Below are positions 47,551 to 57,255 of a DNA stretch of 64,000 nucleotides, one piece after another (position 1 is the first letter of the stretch; each line of letters begins with the position of its first letter). The translations under genes and the position numbers were made by a program. Source of the DNA: a virus. The stretch spans positions 32,001-96,000 of the IMG/VR virus record IMGVR_UViG_3300037524_002067; one strand, written 5' to 3'. The notes under the pieces were generated by a model that worked only from the letters and a program-made list of their open reading frames with translations, did not search any database and had not been told where the DNA came from.

Positions 47551-48023
47551 TACTCTATGACCAATTTAGCTTTAACTCCAATTGATTTTAATTTTTCAAC
47601 TGCCTTTTCTGCTTCTTTAGTAAATTTTTTTATTTCCTTTTCTTCGTTTGCGAATGTTAAATAATAATGATCATCATGACCACACCCTTCATAATCCCAT
47701 TCATCATACAAATATTTTAAACCAAGTGGACCAACAGGATTTGATGGTTCTTGACCTATAATATCAGATATCATTGATAAAATGACTTTCTTTTTTTCTG
47801 AAACATATTCACCCTCTATACTAACACTGTCAAAACCCTTTAATTCTTTAATAAAAAAATTGAAGAAATTTTTATCAAATTTTTCTGTGCAATAGGCATC
47901 TTTTATTTTTTGAACATCTTCTTCATCGAAGAAATCAAAAATCATTTTTTGTAAAAGTGGTAAATTTTTTAAGTTTAATTCAACATCTTTGTTAAATGTA
48001 AAGTACATTTCTCTTGCTGGCAT
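47550..48023 (-). CDS. hypothetical protein
   Basis: 157 aa ORF. Confidence 0.6.
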   Translation of the reverse strand: MPAREMYFTFNKDVELNLKNLPLLQKMIFDFFDEEDVQKIKDAYCTEKFDKNFFNFFIKELKGFDSVSIEGEYVSEKKKVILSMISDIIGQEPSNPVGPLGLKYLYDEWDYEGCGHDDHYYLTFANEEKEIKKFTKEAEKAVEKLKSIGVKAKLVIE

Positions 48024-48174
48024 AATATTTAAGTTTTATAATACTAAATATAATAAATCCAAGATAAAAAACAAAACCCCCAATTATAAAACTGAGGGTT
48101 TTTTTAAAGACGTGGGTAGGTCTATGTAAATAGCGTCTTTTTAAGGTTATACGAAAATTTTCAACAAAGGTTGC

Positions 48175-48825
48175 TTATTCTAACAACTTATATTCATAAT
48201 AATCCCCCATTAACCACTTATCGCATTGTACCTGCTCAAACTTGCCACTGTTTAATATGGGATAAGTGTGTGCTAAATTTGCACTTCCAACTTTCTTTGG
48301 ATCCTTTTTATTAACAAATTTCCATCCATCATAGTAAATCATTTTTCCAACTTCTTTTTTTCTATAGAATCTGCAACCATCTTTGTAAAGTTGTATTACG
48401 TCTTCCAGGTATTTTTTCCAGGTATCAATCTCATATTGATAATACCACTCGAAATGTTCTCTCACTGATTTTAAAAAACTCTCCTCTCTTTGATTTCTTT
48501 GTTCAGCTATAGCATAACCGCCAATTTCAAACACAAACATTTCTCTTACTTTTTTCCATAATTCTTCTTTATCTTGTGGCTCATACCATAAAACTCCATG
48601 TAAAGCATCTTCCACCATCTCTTCTGGTTCCATACAATATATGTCAACTTTACTATTTGCAATGGTGTATACCCATTGACCTTTTTCATTGATATAGCTA
48701 TATGGTCCATCCCAATAACCAGCTTTCATCTCTGCAAATCGTGGAATGCCGCCAGATAATCTCATGTGCGATGTGCCTTCTGGATCTTCTTTTTGCAAAA
48801 TCTTTATAAACTCACCTGTTGTCAT
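48175..48825 (-). CDS. hypothetical protein
   Basis: 216 aa ORF. Confidence 0.6.
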   Translation of the reverse strand: MTTGEFIKILQKEDPEGTSHMRLSGGIPRFAEMKAGYWDGPYSYINEKGQWVYTIANSKVDIYCMEPEEMVEDALHGVLWYEPQDKEELWKKVREMFVFEIGGYAIAEQRNQREESFLKSVREHFEWYYQYEIDTWKKYLEDVIQLYKDGCRFYRKKEVGKMIYYDGWKFVNKKDPKKVGSANLAHTYPILNSGKFEQVQCDKWLMGDYYEYKLLE

Positions 48826-49270
48826 ATGCTGATTTTTTTTGATTAAACAATATTTTTGCTTCTTTAAGTTTTAACCTAGCTTCTTCAGTTTCAGAACGAA
48901 GAGTCTTGTATTTAGATCTCAATACGTCAATTTGTTGTTCAAGCGCAGATGGTTTAACTGAAACTTTAAACTCGTCTCCAGTGAATCTCCTGCGAATAAA
49001 CGATAATAGTGTTCTAATGGTTCGAAGATTTTGTTTCTTCTCGAAGTAATAGATTTTTCTGGCAAGCTTCTTTCTTGATGAAAGTGTAGATGGGTTAAAG
49101 TACACGTTCTCAAAAATTAAGTTGAGATCGCCTTCGACAACATATTCGCGTTGCGTACAGATTGTTTTTATTTTTTCTATTGCTGATTTTAAATTTTGAG
49201 ACACAGCTTCCTCTGTAAAGGTTTCTTTAATTAATTTTAAAGAATCACCTATTTGATCTTTTGTTTCCAT
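48812..49270 (-). CDS. hypothetical protein
   Basis: 152 aa ORF. Confidence 0.6.
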   Translation of the reverse strand: METKDQIGDSLKLIKETFTEEAVSQNLKSAIEKIKTICTQREYVVEGDLNLIFENVYFNPSTLSSRKKLARKIYYFEKKQNLRTIRTLLSFIRRRFTGDEFKVSVKPSALEQQIDVLRSKYKTLRSETEEARLKLKEAKILFNQKKSAYDNR

Positions 49271-49378
49271 AATGGTTAAAAATTTAATTGTTTGATTAAT
49301 AATTTAATTTGTCACTGATTGTATCAGCCTACATTATGGCGGATTTTCATTTATCTATTTCATAATTTTTATTTTTTG

Positions 49379-49471
49379 TGGGAACGTAGTCATCGAAGAC
49401 CTTGGACATATTTCATCCCGTTCCCTGGTGGAGAGCAACTCACTTAAGAATCTAACCTTTCGGCACTCTCC
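49379..49471 (-). ncRNA. two abutting mini-tRNA-like RNAs (49426-49471, 49379-49425)
   Basis: GGAGAGT/GCTCTCC-ACCA and GGGAACG/CGTTCCC-A acceptor stems, 46-47 nt each. Confidence 0.55.
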
Positions 49472-49480
49472 TTATTTTTG

Positions 49481-49552
49481 TGATCCATGTCGGGATCGAA
49501 CCGACGACCTTGGTTTTTAGAGAACCTCGCTCTGCCGCTGAGCTAATGGATC
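49481..49552 (-). tRNA. amber suppressor tRNA (CTA anticodon)
   Basis: canonical cloverleaf: GATCCAT/ATGGATC, GCTC/GAGC, GGTT-CTCTAAA-AACC, GTCGG-TTCGATC-CCGAC, A73. Confidence 0.9.
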
Positions 49553-49557
49553 ATTTG

Positions 49558-49652
49558 TGGGAGTGTGGTTATCGAAAACCTAGACTCATTACAGCCCACT
49601 CCCTGGTGGGAAATGTAGGATTTTAACCTACTACATCACTAAAGAATTTCCC
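49558..49652 (-). ncRNA. two abutting mini-tRNA-like RNAs (49604-49652, 49558-49603)
   Basis: GGGAAAT/ATTTCCC-ACCA with GTAGG-TTAAAAT-CCTAC T-arm; GGGAGTG/CACTCCC-A with GGTT-TTCGAT-AACC. Confidence 0.55.
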
Positions 49653-49659
49653 TTGTTTT

Positions 49660-50028
49660 TTATTCTTCAAACTCTTTTTTTAATTTGAGGTATTGCTGTT
49701 TTCTCTGTTCTTTTTCACGTTGCTCTCTAATTTTTCTTTGTTCTTCTTCATATATTTCTCTCTTTTTTCTTTCTTCTTCCTCTGCTTTTTTTCGTTCTTC
49801 ATAAACACTGTCCAAATCTTGTGTTAAGCAACTTTCTTCAAAATATTCCTCTTCTGTGTATTCACCTCTGCAATATTTGTGATAAACAACCTTGAATGAA
49901 CCGTCTTCAAGCAAGTGTAATTCGCTTGGTTCTCCTCCATATTTAACAACACAATATTGCATTGCTCTTTTATAGATAGATCTTAAATCTGTTGTGATAT
50001 TATTTTCCACCAACAACCTCCTTTCCAT
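49660..50028 (-). CDS. hypothetical protein with charged coiled-coil tail
   Basis: ORF 49660..50118; start uncertain, probably near the end of the upstream gene. Confidence 0.55.
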   Translation of the reverse strand: MERRLLVENNITTDLRSIYKRAMQYCVVKYGGEPSELHLLEDGSFKVVYHKYCRGEYTEEEYFEESCLTQDLDSVYEERKKAEEEERKKREIYEEEQRKIREQREKEQRKQQYLKLKKEFEE

Positions 50029-50392
50029 GATATTGTTGAAACGCTGTGGTATATTCCCTGAAGGCGAGTGGAAGATTTGATACAAGTCTATTTGATTCCT
50101 CAGATGGTTCCAAGGCAATAGCTGTTAACTCGTGATCAAAATCTGGTTCAACAAATGATGAACATAAAATTCCTCTCGTGTGGGCTTTTAGTAAAAATTC
50201 GTTTAATGATTTTTCGTTATCGCAGGATAGGATAACAATGTGTCTGGACTTAAAGTACCATTCACTTTGAACAGCGTCGTGTTCTTTTTGAAATTGTTCA
50301 GCTGCATGCAAAGATTGTGCAGCTTGAGCGCCTGGGGCGATATCACGTCTTACGACTATGATTAGTTTCGATTTGTTATTAATCTACTTCAT
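50000..50392 (-). CDS. peptidyl-tRNA hydrolase type 2-like protein with in-frame UAG at codon 3
   Basis: ATG AAG TAG ATT...: MK*INNKSKLIIVVRRDIAPGAQAAQSLHAA...W...IVIL...EPD...LTAIALEP...LPL. Confidence 0.8.
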
Positions 50393-50541
50393 GGTTTCTT
50401 TTTTTTTGTTTTTTTTAATCTTACTCAGAGTTTATAAATATGAATAAAATTTGTTTTACAGAATCTTATACACACAAATGTAATATAAAGTTTCACCAAA
50501 ATGCAAATATTTTTGAAATTTATTTATCAATTATCTGATTT

Positions 50542-50886
50542 TCAACTAGAAAAAATTTTATTTAAAATTTTTATCCAAACAAAAACAAGACCTAAAAATA
50601 GTAAAATTTCAACATTCAACCCAAATTTATAAATGTAATAAAATATACCGATCCAAACTGTGTTGCATGTAACACACATGCCAAGTGGTTTAAGCAGCCA
50701 TCTTTTCCAGCGATCCTTCTTTCTCCAATTGTGAATCCAGTGATAAGTCAACCAAAGATAATATCTTCGAAAAATCATTCCTGGTTCCATGCATTCTTGA
50801 AAAAACAACCCTAAGCTTGCTATCATGAGGCAGAGTAACACCAATGTCACACCCCCTACGCTTTCCACAATTGTTGTTGATATCAT
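50542..50886 (-). CDS. membrane protein (DUF1360-like)
   Basis: KPLGMCVTCNTVW between TM segments. Confidence 0.55.
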   Translation of the reverse strand: MISTTIVESVGGVTLVLLCLMIASLGLFFQECMEPGMIFRRYYLWLTYHWIHNWRKKDRWKRWLLKPLGMCVTCNTVWIGIFYYIYKFGLNVEILLFLGLVFVWIKILNKIFSS

Positions 50887-50928
50887 AAGTAGTTTTCATA
50901 CTTATAAATATGAACAAAATAAGCATTA

Positions 50929-51876
50929 TCATACTTTTTTCAACCACAAATAATCATGACTGTTTTTTGTATCATAAAGGCAAAATTCAACTTCGTGTTT
51001 TGCAATTCTAAACCCAAAAGATTCTAATCTCAATATTTCATTTTTTATCTTTTGTTCAAAAAATAATTTATAGGTGTTATATTCCCGAAAAGTCAACATT
51101 TGAATATACTGATCATCAGATGACTTTTTAAACACATTTTTAGATAAGTGACCATCTGACAAAATATTTCTAAGTTGATTTTGTTTTCTCAATGAACCAT
51201 CCATTTCTATTGCTAAATGAGATTCAAAATAACAACCTTTTGGCATAACATCTATTGGTTTTCTTGGTGAACCAGGGTGCCATGGCACTGTTTCTATTTT
51301 TTGTCTCACAACAACAAAACCAAACTTAAAAAGCTCTCCATTAATTCTTTGACACTCTTCATAAACACTTCTGTTGTCTCCATAATGTTTTGAAGATGTC
51401 ATAAGATCTTTCATAACAGAAATATCGTTGTTTTCAAGATCCAACATTATTGGTTTTACACCAACTATAACACACACTTCTTTAAACTCTCTTATATAGT
51501 TTTCCACCTCTTCTTTCTTTGTTGGTAATTCTACGGTAAGATGTATTTCAAACGGAAGAGGAAACTGAGCCGCATCCTCTTTATTTTGGAGCTCTTGCCA
51601 ATATCTGGATTTTTTATCCATCATCTCTTCTATTTCTTCATGCGAAAAACCAAGATCATATGCAATGGAAATAGCTGACAATATTGTGTCAGATACTTCT
51701 TCTAAAATTTTATATTTATCTACAAAACGGTGATTGGTGGCGTATGCCGACACAAAAGGCAACACGGCCTTAGAAAGCTCACCTTGTTCTTCAGATACTT
51801 TTAGTGTTTTTTCTGCAAGACTTTTTTTATCACGAAGAGACAATGTCTGGATATAATCTAACAATTCTTTATTCAT
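50929..51876 (-). CDS. MazG-like nucleotide pyrophosphohydrolase domain protein
   Basis: LKVSEEQGELSKAV...EEVSD; start reassigned to MNKEL. Confidence 0.7.
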   Translation of the reverse strand: MNKELLDYIQTLSLRDKKSLAEKTLKVSEEQGELSKAVLPFVSAYATNHRFVDKYKILEEVSDTILSAISIAYDLGFSHEEIEEMMDKKSRYWQELQNKEDAAQFPLPFEIHLTVELPTKKEEVENYIREFKEVCVIVGVKPIMLDLENNDISVMKDLMTSSKHYGDNRSVYEECQRINGELFKFGFVVVRQKIETVPWHPGSPRKPIDVMPKGCYFESHLAIEMDGSLRKQNQLRNILSDGHLSKNVFKKSSDDQYIQMLTFREYNTYKLFFEQKIKNEILRLESFGFRIAKHEVEFCLYDTKNSHDYLWLKKV

Positions 51877-51937
51877 ATAACAAAGATAATAAAAAAAGGG
51901 GCATAAGCCCCTTTCGATAATAAAATTCAACTCTTAA

Positions 51938-52285
51938 TTAACGAGATGATTTTTCGTAGCGATTAGACAAACTTTTAAAAGTTGTGTAAAGGCTTTTGGT
52001 GATGTTTCCACTTTTGTAGTTCTCTTCGATTCTTGCTTTAATGTCAGAAACGTAATTTCTACCAAAGTTTTTAGCTTTAGAAGCGGCTGACACAGAAAGA
52101 CCATTATCAATCGCATATCTCAAAACGCTGATTCCATTTGTAAGACTTGTGATTGAACTTTCTTTTCTTCTGTTTTCAGAGTTGCTTGTTTTGCTTTTAG
52201 AAGCATTTTTAACCGATCTTGTGCTTCTTGTTGTTGACCTTCTTGAGTTAGACTTTGAAGGTTTTGTTGCGCTTTTTGTTGGCAT
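51938..52285 (-). CDS. basic Ser/Lys/Arg-rich protein, putative DNA-binding
   Basis: low-complexity basic N-terminus with HTH-like C-terminus. Confidence 0.55.
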   Translation of the reverse strand: MPTKSATKPSKSNSRRSTTRSTRSVKNASKSKTSNSENRRKESSITSLTNGISVLRYAIDNGLSVSAASKAKNFGRNYVSDIKARIEENYKSGNITKSLYTTFKSLSNRYEKSSR

Positions 52286-52438
52286 GTTTTTAGGTTTTAA
52301 GTTTATAAATTGAGTTTAAATTTACAAAAATTTAATTAAACATCCAAATTTTTAATAATTTTTTTTACAATCTAGACAAAATAAAAATAAAAAACTAGAC
52401 ATAACCTAGACCAAAAAAACAATCTAAAGTGTTGATTT

Positions 52439-52975
52439 TTAATGCTTTAAAACATGGTTGTTAATTAAATATTTAGACACTGATTCCCACGTTGGAAAAG
52501 ACTCGCTTCCATACATAATATGCTCTCCAATACCATCTCCTGCGCCATACTTTAACCTATCATCAATCAAAAAATGACATAAAAAATTATCTTTTCTAAA
52601 GGTAAGATCCATTCTTTTTTCCCCCCACTCACCAAAATACCTTTCTATCCAAAGTCTTTTTTCTGTAAAAGAGTCTGGGTTTCCCCAAGAAGGAGCTGAT
52701 AAAAATCTGATATAGAAATACTTATCCAATTCCATTATTGACTCTATAGCTCCAGGTATTGGCTCAAGATCAAGATAAAATTTTGGTTTTCTATATAATT
52801 TTTGACTTATAAATTCATCTGGGCTAATCCCTAGTTCAAGCGCCCCTCTTTCAGCGCTCTTGTCAAAATCAGCCACAACACCATCAAGATCAATTGATAC
52901 ACTCTTTCTGCCCTCTTTTATTTCTATAGCATCAAGAATTATCTTCCTCTGCGATTCTGTAAGTAATTGTTTCAT
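52439..52975 (-). CDS. 5'(3')-deoxyribonucleotidase (HAD)
   Basis: IDLDGVVADF, LEPIPGA, EKRLW, LIDD. Confidence 0.85.
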   Translation of the reverse strand: MKQLLTESQRKIILDAIEIKEGRKSVSIDLDGVVADFDKSAERGALELGISPDEFISQKLYRKPKFYLDLEPIPGAIESIMELDKYFYIRFLSAPSWGNPDSFTEKRLWIERYFGEWGEKRMDLTFRKDNFLCHFLIDDRLKYGAGDGIGEHIMYGSESFPTWESVSKYLINNHVLKH

Positions 52976-53972
52976 TTTTATCTATTGTTAAGTATTTTAC
53001 AATTGTATTCCAGTCTGGAAATTTTTCGCTTCCAAAGTGTATAAACTCACCCTCAAAATCTAATTGACCAGCTTGGAGTGTATCATCTATTAAAATGTGC
53101 CCCTTGCCGTTTACAATAGATTTATCACATGCCATTATTAAATTTTCAAGCACATGAAAACCAAGATGTTTTTTTATCCAAAAAGCTTTTTCGGTAAAAC
53201 AGTGTAAATTATAATTTGATGGGCGTGTCAGCACATACACCTCATAGTGATTCTCCAATGTTTTAAAAGATTCAATAGCTCCAGGAATCGGATCTAATTC
53301 TGCGAAAAACGCATATTGAGATTGCGGAAACTCTATTTCTGGTCTTTCTTGTTTGTATTTTAAGTATGCTGCTAAAAAATTACAAAGCACACCATCCATA
53401 TCTACAAATATCTTTTGTTTTTGTCTAATACCAAGGCGCTTAAAAACCTCTTCTCGCGTTTGAGTTTTTTCTCCAGACAGATCTTTGATAAGATAATTTT
53501 TTGGATAAAGAGCGACGGTGTCAATTTTTAATTTTATTGCGGCTTTTAAACCAGCCTCATCAAAGCCAGTTTGACCACCACTTCTAACACCTTTGACTCT
53601 TGTTTTTAGCTCAGGGCTATTTACAATTTTATATAAAAGTTTAAAAGTGAAATCATCGCATTGAGCCTGTGTCATAGAGCCCTTCATAGTGTATAATCCA
53701 TTTCCAGCTATGTTTATAACAATAGCGTGTTTCATTTCATGGAAAACCCTGTTTATTAATGAGACAATTTTTTGTGCTTTTTCTTTGTGATCACCCTGAG
53801 GGGAAACTGGAATGTACAACTTGTTGTGTTTTTTGGCCATGCTTTTTGTCAGTTTTTCACCAGGCGAATCAAAATTTAAAGCTATCGCTATGGTAACATC
53901 TGCTTTTTTGGCATTAATCTCTGTTCTGTGTTGATATCCGTTTTCTGGACTTTCCTCTAGAATAAACTGCAT
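52932..53972 (-). CDS. SLOG/MoCo-carrier-like domain fused to 5'(3')-deoxyribonucleotidase
   Basis: RTEINA..AD.T, INIAGN, SGGQTGFDEAGL; then VDMDGVL...LIDD. Confidence 0.75.
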   Translation of the reverse strand: MQFILEESPENGYQHRTEINAKKADVTIAIALNFDSPGEKLTKSMAKKHNKLYIPVSPQGDHKEKAQKIVSLINRVFHEMKHAIVINIAGNGLYTMKGSMTQAQCDDFTFKLLYKIVNSPELKTRVKGVRSGGQTGFDEAGLKAAIKLKIDTVALYPKNYLIKDLSGEKTQTREEVFKRLGIRQKQKIFVDMDGVLCNFLAAYLKYKQERPEIEFPQSQYAFFAELDPIPGAIESFKTLENHYEVYVLTRPSNYNLHCFTEKAFWIKKHLGFHVLENLIMACDKSIVNGKGHILIDDTLQAGQLDFEGEFIHFGSEKFPDWNTIVKYLTIDKNETITYRIAEEDNS

Positions 53973-54070
53973 TAATTTTAAATTTTAAAAACACAAATAT
54001 AGTCATTTTCTATAATTTATCAAAAAGGTTAGGTTTTATTAATTAGCTCACTATTTATATTAAAAAAACT

Positions 54071-54304
54071 ATGAAAGCTATACTAGATTTTTTCAAAAAA
54101 CTATTCAAAAAACTATTCTCCAAAGATAGCGCCGAAAGTGTTAATATGGTTGAAGAAAAAACCCAAGAGGTAAAAGTTGGAGAGGTTAAAGAAACAACTC
54201 CAATCACAACTCCTGTGTTAGAAGTTGAAAAAGATAAGAGTAAAATCAAGAAGAATAAAACTATTAAAAAAGTAGTTAAAAAAACAACAAATAGAAAAAA
54301 ATAA
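54071..54304 (+). CDS. small basic protein
   Basis: 77 aa after TATTTATA. Confidence 0.55.
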   Translation: MKAILDFFKKLFKKLFSKDSAESVNMVEEKTQEVKVGEVKETTPITTPVLEVEKDKSKIKKNKTIKKVVKKTTNRKK

Positions 54305-54307
54305 GCA

Positions 54308-54640
54308 ATGAAAAAAAAGTATTTTTTTGGCTGGACAAACATAAAGTGGTTTATAAAAGAGTTTTTGGCTATGTACAGTAACTCTAAAAGTTATTTTAGT
54401 AAAAAAAGATTTGAGAGTTCTATTGCTTTTATAGCTGCAATGTTAATTATATGTGGACATGTATACCATGACAGATACACAATTACAAACTCTGAAATTT
54501 TAGCTGACGCAGCATTACTTTTTGCAATAGCTGGGTATACAGTCAAAGAAATACAAAAAGAAAAAAATGTTTTAGCTAAAAAAACTGATCCTAAAAAAAC
54601 AGATCAAGAAGATTATAGCAAAGACGAAGATGCAGTTTAA
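54308..54640 (+). CDS. two-TM membrane protein (holin-like)
   Basis: SYFSKKRFES, two TM segments, charged tail. Confidence 0.55.
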   Translation: MKKKYFFGWTNIKWFIKEFLAMYSNSKSYFSKKRFESSIAFIAAMLIICGHVYHDRYTITNSEILADAALLFAIAGYTVKEIQKEKNVLAKKTDPKKTDQEDYSKDEDAV

Positions 54641-54658
54641 ATTTAAAATTTATAAAAA

Positions 54659-55345
54659 ATGATTCAAATTTCTAATTGTCCTAACACTGGACTTGTACGT
54701 AAACTCGACTATCAGTTTTTTTGGTTAAAATTAACTAGAAGAATAATAGTTCAATGTATGATTACTCACTTCAAAAGAGATGAAGATTTATATCAAGACT
54801 ATTTGGTTGCTTTATCTGCTCATACAGCAAACCCAACTGGAACCACTATGCCAGTTGAAAACTATGATACAAAAATAGACAATTTAGCAATTAGAACATT
54901 TACAAAAGAATTAACAGCTAGCGACACTTTGGTAAACCCAACAAACGGCGCTATACTAACACAAGAACAAATAAGCGATTATAACAATGCAGCTTCCGCT
55001 TACGAACAATATCCAGCGCAATATGCTTTGTATCAATCTAATCTAACAAATTATAACAACTACCTTTCAGATTTAGCTATATACCAAAGTGCTTATACAG
55101 CTTACACAATTGCTTATAGCGCTTGGACAGCAAACCCAACTGGCAGCACTATGCCAATAGCACCAATAGCTCCAATTCAAGTTCAAGAGCCAATTGAGCC
55201 TGTTCAACCACCTGCGCCAGGTCCTGCTCCAATACAGGAATATGATTATTATGCCAATGTTCTCGGTGTAACCCCTATTATATTACCTAACCTAATAGAA
55301 AGTATAATAGCAATTAGAGATTTAGAAGGTAAATTTAATATATAG
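54659..55345 (+). CDS. hypothetical protein with Pro-rich segment
   Basis: 228 aa; repeated TANPTGxTMP. Confidence 0.6.
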   Translation: MIQISNCPNTGLVRKLDYQFFWLKLTRRIIVQCMITHFKRDEDLYQDYLVALSAHTANPTGTTMPVENYDTKIDNLAIRTFTKELTASDTLVNPTNGAILTQEQISDYNNAASAYEQYPAQYALYQSNLTNYNNYLSDLAIYQSAYTAYTIAYSAWTANPTGSTMPIAPIAPIQVQEPIEPVQPPAPGPAPIQEYDYYANVLGVTPIILPNLIESIIAIRDLEGKFNI

Positions 55346-56159
55346 AGGATTCTATATATTTTTTCTTTAAATCGTTTGAGGCTAAATAAGCTAAAAAAAC
55401 ATATACAAGCAACAACATAATTGTTGGCGTGTATACATACATATTTTTACCAAGAAAAAACATGTCTTTTTGATCTTTGACTAGCATAAGCATAAAATCG
55501 TAAATGCCATGCGCAATTGTTGCTGCTATTATACCAATCAAACTATAAAGTGTTTTCATATAAAAATTTTTACCTTTAGATAGCGCTATAAAATAACCCA
55601 TAAAAAGACCGCAAACCATATGCAAAATAACGGAGGTAAAAGATCTTACAAACAAAACCTCTTTTGGTGTTATAAAAAGGCCAAATTCTCCAGCCATTGT
55701 TCTTTGCGCATAATTTAAACTTTCCATTATAGCAAAAGAGGCAGAAACTATAGCACAATAAAACATAATAGAATAGTGGCTATCAATATCTTTTTTTCTT
55801 TTTCCCCTACCATAATCGCTCAATTTTAATGAAGCAAATTTACAAAGCTCTTCAATAAAAGCCACCTGCAAAAAAGCCATCATAAATATTGTTTCAGTTG
55901 TTCTAATATAGACATCACTCATAATTCCATTTATATACATTTTTCCTATATATAAATTGAACATTTCTTGTCTTATATTTGGAAATAACAAAAAAACAAA
56001 AGATAGTATAGTAGTTGACAACAGACCAGTATACAAATAAGTTATACTAGCTTTTGTTTTTATTGCACCATGAGGTGCGTGAAAATAAATTATCATTGAA
56101 TATAATACAGCTGGTATTATACACATCAATAAAAGCAATAAATTATTTTCAGAAAACAT
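55335..56159 (-). CDS. PrsW family intramembrane protease
   Basis: EELCK, FAIMES, HMVC, HGIYD motifs in TM segments. Confidence 0.85.
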   Translation of the reverse strand: MFSENNLLLLLMCIIPAVLYSMIIYFHAPHGAIKTKASITYLYTGLLSTTILSFVFLLFPNIRQEMFNLYIGKMYINGIMSDVYIRTTETIFMMAFLQVAFIEELCKFASLKLSDYGRGKRKKDIDSHYSIMFYCAIVSASFAIMESLNYAQRTMAGEFGLFITPKEVLFVRSFTSVILHMVCGLFMGYFIALSKGKNFYMKTLYSLIGIIAATIAHGIYDFMLMLVKDQKDMFFLGKNMYVYTPTIMLLLVYVFLAYLASNDLKKKYIESSIY

Positions 56160-56398
56160 TATTTTATAAACTTTTTCAGCTGTGATTTAAAAGCTTGTTT
56201 TACAACAGAATCTAAATCTTCTGGAATTCTGTTGCTGCTTTGATGAACAGTTCCCCTTTTCCATTCTTCGCCTGGTTCTTCTTCGGCACCAGCCTCTAAA
56301 TAATAATCTAAAATTGTGTTTATTAAAAAATTAAGAGAGTAAACTTCTAAATCTTTTATTTCTTCATTGTTCAAATTTTTTGTTTTAGCTTCTTCCAT
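56159..56398 (-). CDS. hypothetical protein
   Basis: 79 aa after TATTTATA. Confidence 0.55.
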   Translation of the reverse strand: MEEAKTKNLNNEEIKDLEVYSLNFLINTILDYYLEAGAEEEPGEEWKRGTVHQSSNRIPEDLDSVVKQAFKSQLKKFIK

Positions 56399-56516
56399 AA
56401 CACCTTGTTTTTTATAAATATTGAGCTTTTTATCATTTTAATAGGCTAATTTATTTTTATGAAAATAATTGTGTTTTGTTAATATTTTGATTTTTTTAAA
56501 AATTATTTATTATTGT

Positions 56517-56864
56517 ATGGATATCATAAAACAACTTGCTGAGTCCAAATCTAGAGACGTAATAATATCTCTTCCTAAAAACAAAACATGGATAGAGTAT
56601 TTAATGCATTTTACTGATTTACAACACACTAACGGAACAATACATGTTTTTGTACAAGAAATACCAAAAACTGAACCAGGCAATAAGTGCTATATCGTTT
56701 TTGATGGTATTTTAAGAGGTTGGATGAAAATATCTAAGCTAACGGAGACTCAACATAATGAGGTTTACCTAGAGTTATTGCCAAATTTGAATGAAGTGGG
56801 TAAAAACGTTCCAATGAGTGAAATAGATGGTTTTAAGTACTACTTTCACCTTGATGCAAATTGA
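56517..56864 (+). CDS. hypothetical protein
   Basis: likely start MDIIKQ. Confidence 0.55.
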   Translation: MDIIKQLAESKSRDVIISLPKNKTWIEYLMHFTDLQHTNGTIHVFVQEIPKTEPGNKCYIVFDGILRGWMKISKLTETQHNEVYLELLPNLNEVGKNVPMSEIDGFKYYFHLDAN

Positions 56865-56916
56865 TGTTTTTTTAAAAATAGGTTTATAATTTAACGATTC
56901 TTTGCTATATTAATGC

Positions 56917-57255
56917 GTGAAGTATATATACCTAATACAAATAGAAGAAACTGGTGTTTGTAAAATAGGATACACAAAAAACGATCCAGTTAAAAGATTA
57001 AAAAGCTTGCAAGTTGGTAGCCCATACAAGTTAATACTTACATCTTTTTTTTTAAGCAAGTGGGCATCTAAAATAGAAAGAGTTCTACACAAAAGCTACA
57101 AAAGCTGTAAAGCTGATGAAAACGAATATAAACTACATGGTGAGTTTTTTAAACTAGACATAAAAGCAATAAATAATTTTAAAGAAACTTGTGAAAAAAT
57201 AGAAAAAAACTTTGACGTTATTTATAAAAATACAACGCTAAAAAAACCTTTTTAA
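56917..57255 (+). CDS. GIY-YIG (T5orf172-like) nuclease
   Basis: YIYLI...KIGYTK..P.KRLKSLQ.G.P...IE..LH...GEFF. Confidence 0.8.
   Translation: MKYIYLIQIEETGVCKIGYTKNDPVKRLKSLQVGSPYKLILTSFFLSKWASKIERVLHKSYKSCKADENEYKLHGEFFKLDIKAINNFKETCEKIEKNFDVIYKNTTLKKPF

Noticed and set aside
49377-49652. CRISPR array
   Set aside because: The units share fold but not sequence, and no constant repeat-spacer pattern or cas genes occur in the window.
52369-52430. Clustered CTAGAC repeats (also near 8625-8641) as operator or origin sites
   Set aside because: Short, irregularly spaced and in AT-rich DNA; not enough evidence to call.
54055-54342. Minus-strand hydrophobic 95-aa ORF
   Set aside because: Antisense shadow of the Lys-rich plus-strand gene, which has the TATTTATA element.
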